The position numbers and the translations under genes are program-made. From Candidatus Woesebacteria bacterium (lineage in GTDB: Bacteria > Patescibacteriota > Microgenomatia > UBA1400 > UBA12028), in assembly GCA_040006915.1 (NCBI GenBank), contig JBDTWD010000001.1, positions 98,229 through 162,228 of the forward strand: a stretch of 64,000 bases of DNA, in the 5' to 3' direction. Below the pieces are notes generated by a model that saw only the letters and a program-made list of their open reading frames with translations, had not been told where the DNA came from and ran no database searches. Below are positions 38,267-47,640 of this stretch, one piece after another (positions within the stretch are counted from its first letter, which is position 1; the number at the start of each line of letters is the position of its first letter).

Positions 38267-38418
38267 GATGCGCTCCTTTGGTATGTTGATTTTTTGTGCA
38301 CGATTTCATTTCTCACACTACTGCATCAGTAATACTGCGGTCAAGAGGTTCCTTGACACTTTAGTACAAAAATGGTCTACTAACCACTTCGTTATTAATA
38401 TAAGAAAGTGTTTTCCTT

Positions 38419-40503
38419 ATGAAACGTCACCGCAATATTCGCAAATTTAACCTAGTTTTAGTTGCTTTGTTTTGTTTTATTGCGATTGCAGTAGTCGGTG
38501 CAGTATTTGGCCAAACAGCTCTAGTTGCTCGGCCCACACACCCTGCGGTGTTGGCGGCAACACGCTCAACGGTGACATACGTTGCATCACAAGTGTTCAC
38601 TCAGGATGGAACGTCGTATGGACAAGGAAACTGGTTTGGAACTGCAGGAAATGCTGGGAACTCATATACGGGTATCCGTTTCGAAGGCATTAGCGTTCCC
38701 AAAGGGGCAGCAATTGAAAATGCAGTGCTTCAAGTTACTTCCTCGAATGAACAGTGGATTGCGCAATCAACCACCGTATATGCAGAAACTTCTGAGACAC
38801 AAGAGGCTTTTAGTGCTTCAAACCCACCTTCTAACCGAACAAAATCAACACAGAGTTTAGGATTTAGTGATAATAAGAAATGGACAAAAGGTACTCCGTA
38901 TGAATTTCCAAGTCTTCTACAAATTGTACCGGCGATGAGTATGACAAGTAGATCGACGGTTTCTTTGATTCTGAAAGGAGGTGGAAACTCTTGGGGACGT
39001 AAATTTATCAATGGGACTGAATCACAAGCTTCAGCACCCAAATTAATCGTCACCTATTCAACTGACAGTAGTAGTCCAGTTCCCTCGCCTGCGGCTACAG
39101 TACAGCCAACCGCGCAACCAACCGCTACACCTGGTGCCTCGATTGTTCCAAAGAATCCAGAAGGTTCCTTACCTCCGCCAACACAAACACCAGGGGCAAC
39201 CGGAGGAAACAGTTTTGCAATGGGAACGTGGATTCCTTCTAAATGGGATACCTGTCCAGCTGCGTTTCACGATAGCTTCTCGGTCATTGGTCCAGATGGA
39301 AAACGATACCCAACTTGGCATCCACCGACAGCAATTAACCCAGCGACGGGGAAAATGTGTACTTTTGGCCATGAGCATGGGAGAGATCCTAAAGGATCAC
39401 GCCTCTATGCATGGATCCAACAACAAAATGCGTACGATGCAAATCGCAATGGGAAAATCGAAAGCGAAGAAACAGAAGCGAGTGGCATTCCCTTTGGCTA
39501 TGCCAACGAACAACTGGACGTATACAACACGGCCAATGGTATAGCGAACGGTATGCGACATGAAGATCATGCTGGATTTAAGATTATGTGGGAAAACCAG
39601 GTACAACGCGATCAAAGTCAGGTTGCGGGCGGTTCCAATCGCAAACCAGTTGATTTGTACTGTGACATGTTGATGGCCCAACACCAAGGTACCCATTCCA
39701 AAGATGCGTTTACCAACAATGTCCATGCAACCCAATACTATATTGACTGCAATAAGGGATCACTGGTTTCTCAGTATCCAGTGAAATTAGCACTGCAATT
39801 TATGTCGGTGTTTGGGAAGGCTGGAGGGTTTTCCGAAGGTGGATTTGATGGTGGTTTCAAATTTATTTCTGTAGGAATTCCTTCACCAGCCAATTCTCCT
39901 TCAGCCGGCGAGCCAGGTCGTAGCTTGCCAACAATTACTAGAGTTAAAGATTCGGTTCTCGTTCCTGAAGGTCAGTTTTCACAATTTAGTTTAGGCCTGT
40001 ATGAAGATTGGATCAGTGGCAGTCATTTGATGAGTAGTGATGGGAGAGAATTAGTGTATGTTGATCCACACTTTGCCGTGTTTTCTCCAAGTCGCTTTTA
40101 TGATCCCAGCCAACCAGATAATGTGGGACGATCAATTGACGTGTGTTATATGAAAGAGGCAAATGGCGATCGAGCCCGAGGCGGAGAGTGTGATGAGGTA
40201 ACAAACTATAAAGATGGTTCAACGATTCCTGAATCACAGCGTATTCCCTACGATGATCCACGTTCTCCATTTAATGGATGCACGCGTGAGTTTTATTTTA
40301 ACAACAACGCGATCTCCAATGCGGGTGGACCGACATATTGGTATACAGATCCATATGGCAAGAATGGCAAAACCAGTCCATTTCCAGGATCAATTCGTCA
40401 ATATATCCCTTCCGCCAAAACCTCTTTGCCTTTCAACTTAGAGTCAATCGCGATTGGCAAAGACATGAATTGGTGTGGTACTGGGGTTCACGCGCCGAAT
40501 TGA
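38419..40503 (+). CDS. secreted protein with beta-sandwich N-terminus and His/Cys-rich C-terminal domain
   Basis: N-terminal TM; P/T linker; YPTWHPP..FGHEHG..RHEDH..HQGTHS..VHAPN. Confidence 0.75.
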   Translation: MKRHRNIRKFNLVLVALFCFIAIAVVGAVFGQTALVARPTHPAVLAATRSTVTYVASQVFTQDGTSYGQGNWFGTAGNAGNSYTGIRFEGISVPKGAAIENAVLQVTSSNEQWIAQSTTVYAETSETQEAFSASNPPSNRTKSTQSLGFSDNKKWTKGTPYEFPSLLQIVPAMSMTSRSTVSLILKGGGNSWGRKFINGTESQASAPKLIVTYSTDSSSPVPSPAATVQPTAQPTATPGASIVPKNPEGSLPPPTQTPGATGGNSFAMGTWIPSKWDTCPAAFHDSFSVIGPDGKRYPTWHPPTAINPATGKMCTFGHEHGRDPKGSRLYAWIQQQNAYDANRNGKIESEETEASGIPFGYANEQLDVYNTANGIANGMRHEDHAGFKIMWENQVQRDQSQVAGGSNRKPVDLYCDMLMAQHQGTHSKDAFTNNVHATQYYIDCNKGSLVSQYPVKLALQFMSVFGKAGGFSEGGFDGGFKFISVGIPSPANSPSAGEPGRSLPTITRVKDSVLVPEGQFSQFSLGLYEDWISGSHLMSSDGRELVYVDPHFAVFSPSRFYDPSQPDNVGRSIDVCYMKEANGDRARGGECDEVTNYKDGSTIPESQRIPYDDPRSPFNGCTREFYFNNNAISNAGGPTYWYTDPYGKNGKTSPFPGSIRQYIPSAKTSLPFNLESIAIGKDMNWCGTGVHAPN

Positions 40504-40516
40504 TACAATATGGCGT

Positions 40517-41020
40517 ATGATCCGAAAACTAACTAAGGCTGATGTTCGTAAGTATAAGCAACTTCGTTTGCTAGCGTTGACCACTGATCCCGATGCATAT
40601 TTTGCGACATATGCGGAAGAAGAGCGTCGAGACGAATGGTCGATTGCAACGGAAATTGCCGCCCACGCGTTCCCTTTTGGCTACTTTGGTTGGTTTGATA
40701 CCGATCAACATCTACGTGCTTACATTCAAATTGCACCAGCTTATTTTGCGAAAACGAATCACACCGCAGATGTATATAATTTGTATGTACATCCTGAATT
40801 TCGTCGTCAAGGAATCGCGAAAGAACTGCTCTTGCAAGTCTTAAGTCACTTGCGCGAGAGAAAAAGTGTCGAAATTCTGTATTTATCCGTGATGCAGTCA
40901 AATAGCGCTGCACTTCATATGTATGAGAGACTAGGGTTTACAACTGTAGGAATAAAAAAAGCGGCGGTGAAGCTAGGATCTCAGTATGAAAATGAGGTAT
41001 TACTTCAGCTTGAACTGTGA
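40517..41020 (+). CDS. GNAT acetyltransferase
   Basis: LYVHPEFRRQGIA; NSAALHMYERLGF. Confidence 0.88.
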   Translation: MIRKLTKADVRKYKQLRLLALTTDPDAYFATYAEEERRDEWSIATEIAAHAFPFGYFGWFDTDQHLRAYIQIAPAYFAKTNHTADVYNLYVHPEFRRQGIAKELLLQVLSHLRERKSVEILYLSVMQSNSAALHMYERLGFTTVGIKKAAVKLGSQYENEVLLQLEL

Positions 41021-41056
41021 TTGACATTCCAGCCAGTTCTTACGTATGATGAAAGT

Positions 41057-42823
41057 ATGTCTCGTCGCGTCGATGTCTTTCGTGTTTTATTTTTCTGTTT
41101 GTTTATTGTCCTGGTAGGCGGACTTTTCTTGTTGAAGACAGCTCCAGCACAGGCTGTAACTGCCGCACAGGTGTGTCAAGCGGATATCAATCAAGATGGT
41201 ACTGTCAATCTCTCTGACTATTCGATTTTTATTAAAAACTTTTTGGTAAGCCCAGTGGTAGCTTTACGTGCAGATATCAACGGAGACGGAACTGTCAATA
41301 TTAGTGACTATACGTTATTGGTTGGTTCTTTCTTGCAACAGTGTGCGGTAGCTCCAACAGCAACTCCGGTAACTTCAGGTGGCGCTCCAGGTGACAGCAT
41401 GGCGATGCAAGCATGGAGCGTGGGTGGAAAGAATGCCCCTAATCCTAAATATGATAAGTGTGACGATGGCACTGATGTGGTGAAGGCACACAACTCTTAC
41501 TATGTAGTCGCGTACGATGGAATGAAGTATCCCACTTGGCATCCTCCAGTTGTGACAAATCCAATTACTGGAGTTGGAAAATGCTACTTTGGTCACGAAC
41601 ATGGAACCAATCCACAAGGTTATCAGTATTGGGATGAGATTGTGCAGCATTTCGGCAAAGACGTGAATGGTGACGGTAAAATAACTGCAATGGTAATCGG
41701 TACGGATGGCAAAATTACACCTGGTGATCATGCCGGTATTCCGTTTGGAATCGCAAATGAACACATGAACGAATACTACAACCAAGAAGGACGTGATTCG
41801 ATCTTCGTACGACATGAAGATCACGTCGGACACAAAATTGAATATGTAAACGGTGAAGCAGACATGGTGGGAAATACTACTCATGTGATGCAGCCGATCA
41901 ATACGACCGGTGGAATCAATGTTCCGTATTATAAAGGTACTGACTCAAATACCTACTATCCGACTGGTGTCAAATGCACCCACTTTCATAAGTTCCATCA
42001 AGGGACGCATTCAGGTGATGCGATGAGAAATAATTTGCATGAAGTGATCTTCCATTCCAACTGTACCAGTGATCGACCAGAATATCCAAGTAACGAAGTA
42101 ATCCTCACCGGTATGATGAGTTTTGGAAACCCTGGAGAGTATAAGCGTTTCTGTGGGAACGATCGAAGTACTGTTGTTTGTGTAGATGGCAAAGACTCAA
42201 GTGGAAAATGCATCATCACAGACCCTCTCATTAGTAAATTGCCGGGAAGCATCTACAGTAACACCTTAGGTCGCAACATGATTGATCGATATTGTTTGCA
42301 GAACGTGGACAGTATTACCGGAAGCTTCTACTTCAATCCGTACGAAATTTGGCAAGGTGATTTCCGTATTTCGACTCCAAACGGAAAGTTATTAGCGGAA
42401 CACGGCAGACAGTGGGATGTCTTGGATCCAATTCGCTTCGTCGATCCAAACTCAGCTACAGGCTTTGGATATAACTCACAGGAATGTGGACCAGGAGGAC
42501 TCTTATACAAGCGAACCCTAAACTGTGGAGCTCTTGAAAGCAAGAGTGTCCCGTGGGACTCACCGCAATCAGGATTTAGAGGTCTGAAACGTACAACCTA
42601 CTTTGGTCGCAATCGAGTTTCAAATGCTGGTGGATCGCAGACTTGGTGGACAGATCCACTCGGAGGAAATGCAACCACGACGCAGTTTGCTTCAGGACTA
42701 AAGCAGCACTTCTCTTCCGTTGAGGCTGACATCTGTAAACTGACCGAGTGCTCAAAACTCAATGATCGAGCTATCCAGAGACAGTTTAATGATGGTGGTG
42801 GAACTGTACACGCTCCCAACTGA
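41057..42823 (+). CDS. secreted dockerin-like domain protein, paralog of 38419..40503
   Basis: ADINQDGTVNLSDY / ADINGDGTVNISDY; same His-rich domain ending VHAPN. Confidence 0.8.
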   Translation: MSRRVDVFRVLFFCLFIVLVGGLFLLKTAPAQAVTAAQVCQADINQDGTVNLSDYSIFIKNFLVSPVVALRADINGDGTVNISDYTLLVGSFLQQCAVAPTATPVTSGGAPGDSMAMQAWSVGGKNAPNPKYDKCDDGTDVVKAHNSYYVVAYDGMKYPTWHPPVVTNPITGVGKCYFGHEHGTNPQGYQYWDEIVQHFGKDVNGDGKITAMVIGTDGKITPGDHAGIPFGIANEHMNEYYNQEGRDSIFVRHEDHVGHKIEYVNGEADMVGNTTHVMQPINTTGGINVPYYKGTDSNTYYPTGVKCTHFHKFHQGTHSGDAMRNNLHEVIFHSNCTSDRPEYPSNEVILTGMMSFGNPGEYKRFCGNDRSTVVCVDGKDSSGKCIITDPLISKLPGSIYSNTLGRNMIDRYCLQNVDSITGSFYFNPYEIWQGDFRISTPNGKLLAEHGRQWDVLDPIRFVDPNSATGFGYNSQECGPGGLLYKRTLNCGALESKSVPWDSPQSGFRGLKRTTYFGRNRVSNAGGSQTWWTDPLGGNATTTQFASGLKQHFSSVEADICKLTECSKLNDRAIQRQFNDGGGTVHAPN

Positions 42824-42883
42824 TCGCTTTCCTCGAGAATAGACGAAATTCTTGCCTCCTTATTTTTGGTGTTTGCATGAATA

Positions 42884-42892
42884 TGCTATACT
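42884..42892 (+). promoter_or_regulatory. extended -10 promoter of his leader
   Basis: TGcTATACT 9 nt before the leader ATG. Confidence 0.6.
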
Positions 42893-42901
42893 GTATTTTC
42901 T

Positions 42902-42982
42902 ATGTGTAAACGATTTGGGTTTACCAGCAATGTCCATCATCACTCCTCGCATATTTCGCGTGGGAGTGTTTCTCTGTTGTAA
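42902..42982 (+). CDS. his operon leader peptide
   Basis: MCKRFGFTSNVHHHSSHISRGSVSLL*; 4 His codons; precedes hisG. Confidence 0.75.
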   Translation: MCKRFGFTSNVHHHSSHISRGSVSLL

Positions 42983-43033
42983 TTCTTAATCACCTTTGAT
43001 CAAAACACCACTCCTGCGCGCGGGAGTTTTTTT
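42941..43033 (+). terminator. his attenuator (1:2 / 2:3 / 3:4 hairpins)
   Basis: CACTCCTCGC..GCGTGGGAGTG; 42957-42968 can pair with 43009-43020; terminator ACTCCTG-cgcg-CGGGAGT followed by a T run. Confidence 0.75.
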
Positions 43034-43094
43034 GTGTCTGTTGACATAAAAATTTCTCAGATACTCTCCGTTTTGGTCAAGTTTTAAGGAATAT

Positions 43095-43868
43095 ATGAAA
43101 ACAACTGAACAACAAACAACAATCCTTCTCCCTTCAGGGGAATGGTTGAATAATTTTATAGTAGGAATGAAAAACAGCGGCTTTCCGCTGGAAAAGCCAT
43201 CAGAACGAAGCTTGTCTTGGACAATGCCAAATTGTCGGCTGCCGATTCTGTTCAAAGAAGTACGAGCTTCAGACGTGCCGGTAACGATGCTTGATTCTGA
43301 TGTTACCGCGAAGGCTGGGTTTACCGGATCTGATATCGTCATAGAAAGCGGATTGCTCTCTTTGCAATTCGGAGCATCTGGTCAGGATCGAGGTGAAAAA
43401 GATTGTAGTCCGTTGTTAAAAAAGATTTGGAATTTTCCAACGGATCAACTCGTCCCAACGCCTATACGACCTCGATTAGCTATCTCGGTGGATCCTCAGA
43501 AGTATACGAAGAATCCTAAGGCTTTCCAGCTTACTGATTTGCGAGGGACGACCGTCTACACTTCATTTCCACGTATTACTCAAACTCTATTTGATCGTAG
43601 TGGTGTAAATGCTATTCCGATTCGGATAAAAGAGCGACGAGGCAAAATCGAAGCACTACCAAGTTTAGATAGGACCAGTCTAGCGGAAGTAGACATTATT
43701 AATACAGGGAGAACACAGACGGAAAATGAACTCGTTGAAGCAATGACGATACTTGAATCCGCCTTATTATTATTGGTTTCCGCAGATGTAAATCAGCGAG
43801 ATGAGCAACGAATCGATGACTTCATCGCGCTCGTGAATGAGGCAACCAAAAAAGAAAGGATGGTGTGA
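43095..43868 (+). CDS. hisG: ATP phosphoribosyltransferase (short-form, divergent)
   Basis: VRASDVP, AGFTGSDIVIE, VYTSFP, VDIINTGRT..ENEL; first gene of the his cluster. Confidence 0.75.
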   Translation: MKTTEQQTTILLPSGEWLNNFIVGMKNSGFPLEKPSERSLSWTMPNCRLPILFKEVRASDVPVTMLDSDVTAKAGFTGSDIVIESGLLSLQFGASGQDRGEKDCSPLLKKIWNFPTDQLVPTPIRPRLAISVDPQKYTKNPKAFQLTDLRGTTVYTSFPRITQTLFDRSGVNAIPIRIKERRGKIEALPSLDRTSLAEVDIINTGRTQTENELVEAMTILESALLLLVSADVNQRDEQRIDDFIALVNEATKKERMV

Positions 43869-43872
43869 AACT

Positions 43873-44952
43873 ATGAACATTTCATCCTTTTTTAGACCAG
43901 TAGTACGTGAGAATTTTTCGACGTATGTACCTTCTCTGTCTCTAGAACAAATTGTCAATATAACGAAGCAACCAAAAAGATCGATTCTGAAGCTCGATAG
44001 TGGAGAAAATCGGTGGACACCCAAAATACCGATTGACTGGAAGACGATAGAAAAAAATGTTGCACTTTATCCAGATTCAGACTCACTGTCTTTGCGACAA
44101 GCTTTATCTTTGGACTTGGGGGTAAGTCCAGATTGTATCGTGATTGGAAATGGATCGGATGAATTGATTGATTTGACATGCCGACTGTTCTTAGAGAAAG
44201 GTAAAATATTGATCGATTTCTCTCCCACATTTCCCATGTACGCTTTTTTTGGGAGGCTGTGTGGCGCCACCGTGATTACAGTCCCCAGAGAGAAAAATTA
44301 TCAGTTAAATGTGAAAGCAGTGAAACAGGCACTGAAAAAATCTCAACTCGCGTTTATTGCCAACCCAAACAACCCGACTGGAACAGTGATTCCCCGCCCA
44401 ATCCTCGTTGAACTGTTGTCTGTAGGCATACCAATTGTGATTGATGAAGCATATTTTGAATTTTATGGTGAAACAGTCATTGATCTTGTATCGGAGTTTG
44501 AAAACCTCATCGTTTTACGTACATTTTCAAAATGGGCAGGTGTAGCTGGTCTGCGAGTAGGATACATGGTCACGAATCCGACTATTGCCGATCGTATTCG
44601 CGCTATAAAACCACCCTACGGGGTAAACAGCTTTGCGCAGGCAGTTGCATGCATTCTGATACAAAATAAAAATCTATTTCTCCCATCCTTGCGTGCGATA
44701 CAAGCGTCTAGAGAATGGTGCATTGCTGAGATCAACAGTCTACCGGGATTGAATGCTGTAGCCTCGCAGGCGTCGTGCGTTTCTGTGTTATCGGAGCAAA
44801 TATCAGCATCAATGATTGTTGAAAGACTTTTGCAGAAAGGGATCGTTGTCAAATTGCTCCCACAAAATCTGTTACCGAATGCCTTTCGCATGAGCATCGC
44901 TCCTAAAAAGGAAATGAAAATCGTTATTCAAGCTTTACTGGAAATTATATGA
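43873..44952 (+). CDS. hisC: histidinol-phosphate aminotransferase
   Basis: GNGSDELI, PNNPTG, DEAY, RTFSKWAGVAGLRVGY. Confidence 0.92.
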   Translation: MNISSFFRPVVRENFSTYVPSLSLEQIVNITKQPKRSILKLDSGENRWTPKIPIDWKTIEKNVALYPDSDSLSLRQALSLDLGVSPDCIVIGNGSDELIDLTCRLFLEKGKILIDFSPTFPMYAFFGRLCGATVITVPREKNYQLNVKAVKQALKKSQLAFIANPNNPTGTVIPRPILVELLSVGIPIVIDEAYFEFYGETVIDLVSEFENLIVLRTFSKWAGVAGLRVGYMVTNPTIADRIRAIKPPYGVNSFAQAVACILIQNKNLFLPSLRAIQASREWCIAEINSLPGLNAVASQASCVSVLSEQISASMIVERLLQKGIVVKLLPQNLLPNAFRMSIAPKKEMKIVIQALLEII

Positions 44953-45056
44953 ACAAAAAAATAACCAAAATCTTCATTGCCGAACCAGGAGAATCTCCTC
45001 AAAAAATCGTTGACTGTGTAAAAAATTTAGTTGAGGAGAATAACACTTATGCTTAA
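44949..45056 (+). CDS. 35-aa ORF coupled between hisC and hisD
   Basis: ATGA overlap with hisC stop; MNKKITKIFIAEPGESPQKIVDCVKNLVEENNTYA*; overlaps hisD start. Confidence 0.4.
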   Translation: MNKKITKIFIAEPGESPQKIVDCVKNLVEENNTYA

Positions 45057-46353
45057 TATTTATCGCTGGTCAGAGACCGATCTAAAGAGAAAGAAACAAA
45101 TCACTGAGCGTGCCATGCTCGATATTTCTGAGATTAAAGAATACGTGGCTGGGTGGATGGAAACCATTAAAAATGAAGGAGACGCTGGAATTGTGAAGTA
45201 CACACGGCAATTTGATAAAAAGGATTTTGAAATAAAAGATTTACGAGTTACTAAAGAAGATATTCAGAAAGCATATGAATCTGTAGATCCTCGTGTGGTA
45301 GAAGTACTGAAACGTCAAATTAGTATTTCTAGACAAAATGCCCTTTCAAAGGCTGGTCAGGAAACTGTTTTAAAGTCCTTTGTCCCTGGCGTGCAAGTTG
45401 GTTACAAAATTACTCCTATTGAATCGGTTGGGCTTGCTGTGCCAGCTGGTCAAGTGCCTCTGCCAACTGTGATGCAGATTTTGACGGTTACTGCCAAAGC
45501 CGCTGGAGTTCCTAGAGTGGTTGCCTGTTATCCACCTACAGGTGACTATCCAGAAATGCTGATTGCAGCAGACTTAGCTGGTTGCGATGAAGTTTATCGA
45601 GTGGGTGGGATTGCGGGCATTGCTGCTATGGCCTACGGGACTGAAACCATCAAACCTGTCTTAAAGATTTCGGGACCAGGCAGCATTTATACTCAGGCAG
45701 CCAAAATGCTCGCTTATGGTAGGGTCAGTATTGATATGGTGGCAGGACCATCTGAAGCAATTATCCTCGCTGACAAAGATGCTAATCCTATTTTCTGTGC
45801 TGCAGATATCCTGGCTCGAGCTGAACACGCTCCAGACGCAGCTGGAGTATTGGTGACTGATTCTGTTGAGTTAGCTCAGGCGACGCAAAAAGAAGTTGAG
45901 CGACAAATTCAGTACCTCAGTAGACGAGAAGTGATTGAGAAATCATTGGCTAAGTACTCATGTGCAATTGTCACAGAGTCATGGCAAGAAGCAATTGATT
46001 TTACCAATGACTATAGTCCAGAACACTTAGAAGTTTTGGTCGCAGAGCCATTCGCTATTTTGCCATTCATTAAAAATGCGGGATCAATTTTTCTAGGTCA
46101 ATATGCGCCAGTAGCAGTTGGAGATTATGCCAGTGGGACTAACCACATTTTGCCTACTGGATACTGGTCAAAGATGGTTTCAGCGGTGAGTGTCGAGACT
46201 TTTCAGAAATCTTCAGAATTACAGTATTTGACCAAAGAAGGTTTAGAAAACTTAGCCGAAATTGTTGATGTGGTATCGGGAATAGAAAAACTTGATGCTC
46301 ACTGGAATAGTGTGAATGTTCGATTAAATCAAAAAAGGAGAAAATATGAATGA
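45049..46353 (+). CDS. hisD: histidinol dehydrogenase
   Basis: IDMVAGPSE, AEH, PEHLE, GDYASGTNHILPT. Confidence 0.93.
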   Translation: MLNIYRWSETDLKRKKQITERAMLDISEIKEYVAGWMETIKNEGDAGIVKYTRQFDKKDFEIKDLRVTKEDIQKAYESVDPRVVEVLKRQISISRQNALSKAGQETVLKSFVPGVQVGYKITPIESVGLAVPAGQVPLPTVMQILTVTAKAAGVPRVVACYPPTGDYPEMLIAADLAGCDEVYRVGGIAGIAAMAYGTETIKPVLKISGPGSIYTQAAKMLAYGRVSIDMVAGPSEAIILADKDANPIFCAADILARAEHAPDAAGVLVTDSVELAQATQKEVERQIQYLSRREVIEKSLAKYSCAIVTESWQEAIDFTNDYSPEHLEVLVAEPFAILPFIKNAGSIFLGQYAPVAVGDYASGTNHILPTGYWSKMVSAVSVETFQKSSELQYLTKEGLENLAEIVDVVSGIEKLDAHWNSVNVRLNQKRRKYE

Positions 46354-47005
46354 AAAACTAGGTTTGTTTATTAACGAAGTGAAAAAAGAGAAAATTTCTT
46401 TGTCTCGGGTGACGCGAGAATCACAAATCGATATAGTAATCGAAGATGCACCAAGACGTGACTACAACATTCAAACTGGCAATAGGTTCTTCAATCACAT
46501 GTTAACGGGAATCGCTTCCAGAGCGTGTTTAAATCTAGATGTTCAATATACACCGACGATTGCGGAACCACTCGACCACGTTGTGGTGGAAGACACTGGT
46601 CTTACGATGGGGAGGGCTATCCGTGAACTTTTGGACTCCCGTCAATCCGATGGTGTCAGTCAACGTGGAACATACACAGTGGCCTTTGATGAGGCGTTAG
46701 TACAAGTAACACTTGCGTTTGATGGAAGGGCCTATACCTTTCTGCGCGGAGAGGTTCCTGGGATGATGTTAGAAAAAGTCGAAGATATTCTTAGTACAAA
46801 TTTACGGCAATTTTTTGACGGATTTTCTCAGGGAGCCGGATGCGTGGTGACTGTTCAATTTATTTCTGGAAACGATTCGCACCACACTTGGGAGGCAGCT
46901 TTCAAAGCCTTTGGTGAAGCTCTACGAGAATCTTTGCAACCCTGTCCTTACCGAGCAGGAACCACCATCGGATTGAAAGGGACCGGTATGGAGGGAAAAC
47001 TATGA
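46346..47005 (+). CDS. hisB: imidazoleglycerol-phosphate dehydratase
   Basis: RVTRES, TGNRFFNHML, DHVVVED, DEAL, SHHTWEAAFKAF, KG. Confidence 0.85.
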   Translation: MNEKLGLFINEVKKEKISLSRVTRESQIDIVIEDAPRRDYNIQTGNRFFNHMLTGIASRACLNLDVQYTPTIAEPLDHVVVEDTGLTMGRAIRELLDSRQSDGVSQRGTYTVAFDEALVQVTLAFDGRAYTFLRGEVPGMMLEKVEDILSTNLRQFFDGFSQGAGCVVTVQFISGNDSHHTWEAAFKAFGEALRESLQPCPYRAGTTIGLKGTGMEGKL

Positions 47006-47337
47006 TTTCAGCAAATCTCGACCTTCGTAAAGGAGGAGGCTTGATACCCGCCATCATTCAAGATGAACAAACTAAAGCTATTCTAATGCTTGGATATATG
47101 AATGAGGAATCTTTGGGAAGATCTGTATCAACGGGATTCGTCTGTTTTTGGAGTCGAAGCCGAAAAAAATTATGGATGAAAGGAGAAGAATCGGGAAACA
47201 CATTACGAATCAAACGCATTTTTGTTGATTGCGATGAGGATACTCTCCTTATTTCTGTCGAGCTGAGTGGTATATCGGCGTGCCACACGGGAAAGTACTC
47301 GTGTTTCTTTACCGAATTGAGGGAGGATAGTCTATGA
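47002..47337 (+). CDS. hisI: phosphoribosyl-AMP cyclohydrolase
   Basis: WSRSR..LWMKGEESGN, DCDED, ACHTG..SCFF. Confidence 0.93.
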   Translation: MISANLDLRKGGGLIPAIIQDEQTKAILMLGYMNEESLGRSVSTGFVCFWSRSRKKLWMKGEESGNTLRIKRIFVDCDEDTLLISVELSGISACHTGKYSCFFTELREDSL

Positions 47338-47636
47338 CCATTACGCAATTATTTGGGATAATTACCCTCAAAAAAAACCTGAGACAAGAAAATTCATATA
47401 TCAGTTCTTTGTTCAGTCAGGGTGTAGATCGAATCATTCAGAAAGTGGGAGAAGAAGCCGTGGAATTGGTAATCGCTGCTAAAAATCAGAGTAAAGAACG
47501 AGTGATTTCTGAGGCAGCAGATCTTGTGTTTCACAGTCTCGTCCTTTTTTCCGCCCTCGGAATTTCTCCCAACGAGATTATGCAAGAGTTAGAACTGAGA
47601 AATGTAAAAAGAAATGATACGATACAACAGGAGTAA
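47334..47636 (+). CDS. hisE: phosphoribosyl-ATP pyrophosphatase
   Basis: KVGEEAVE, EAADLVFH. Confidence 0.92.
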   Translation: MTITQLFGIITLKKNLRQENSYISSLFSQGVDRIIQKVGEEAVELVIAAKNQSKERVISEAADLVFHSLVLFSALGISPNEIMQELELRNVKRNDTIQQE

Positions 47637-47640
47637 TATT

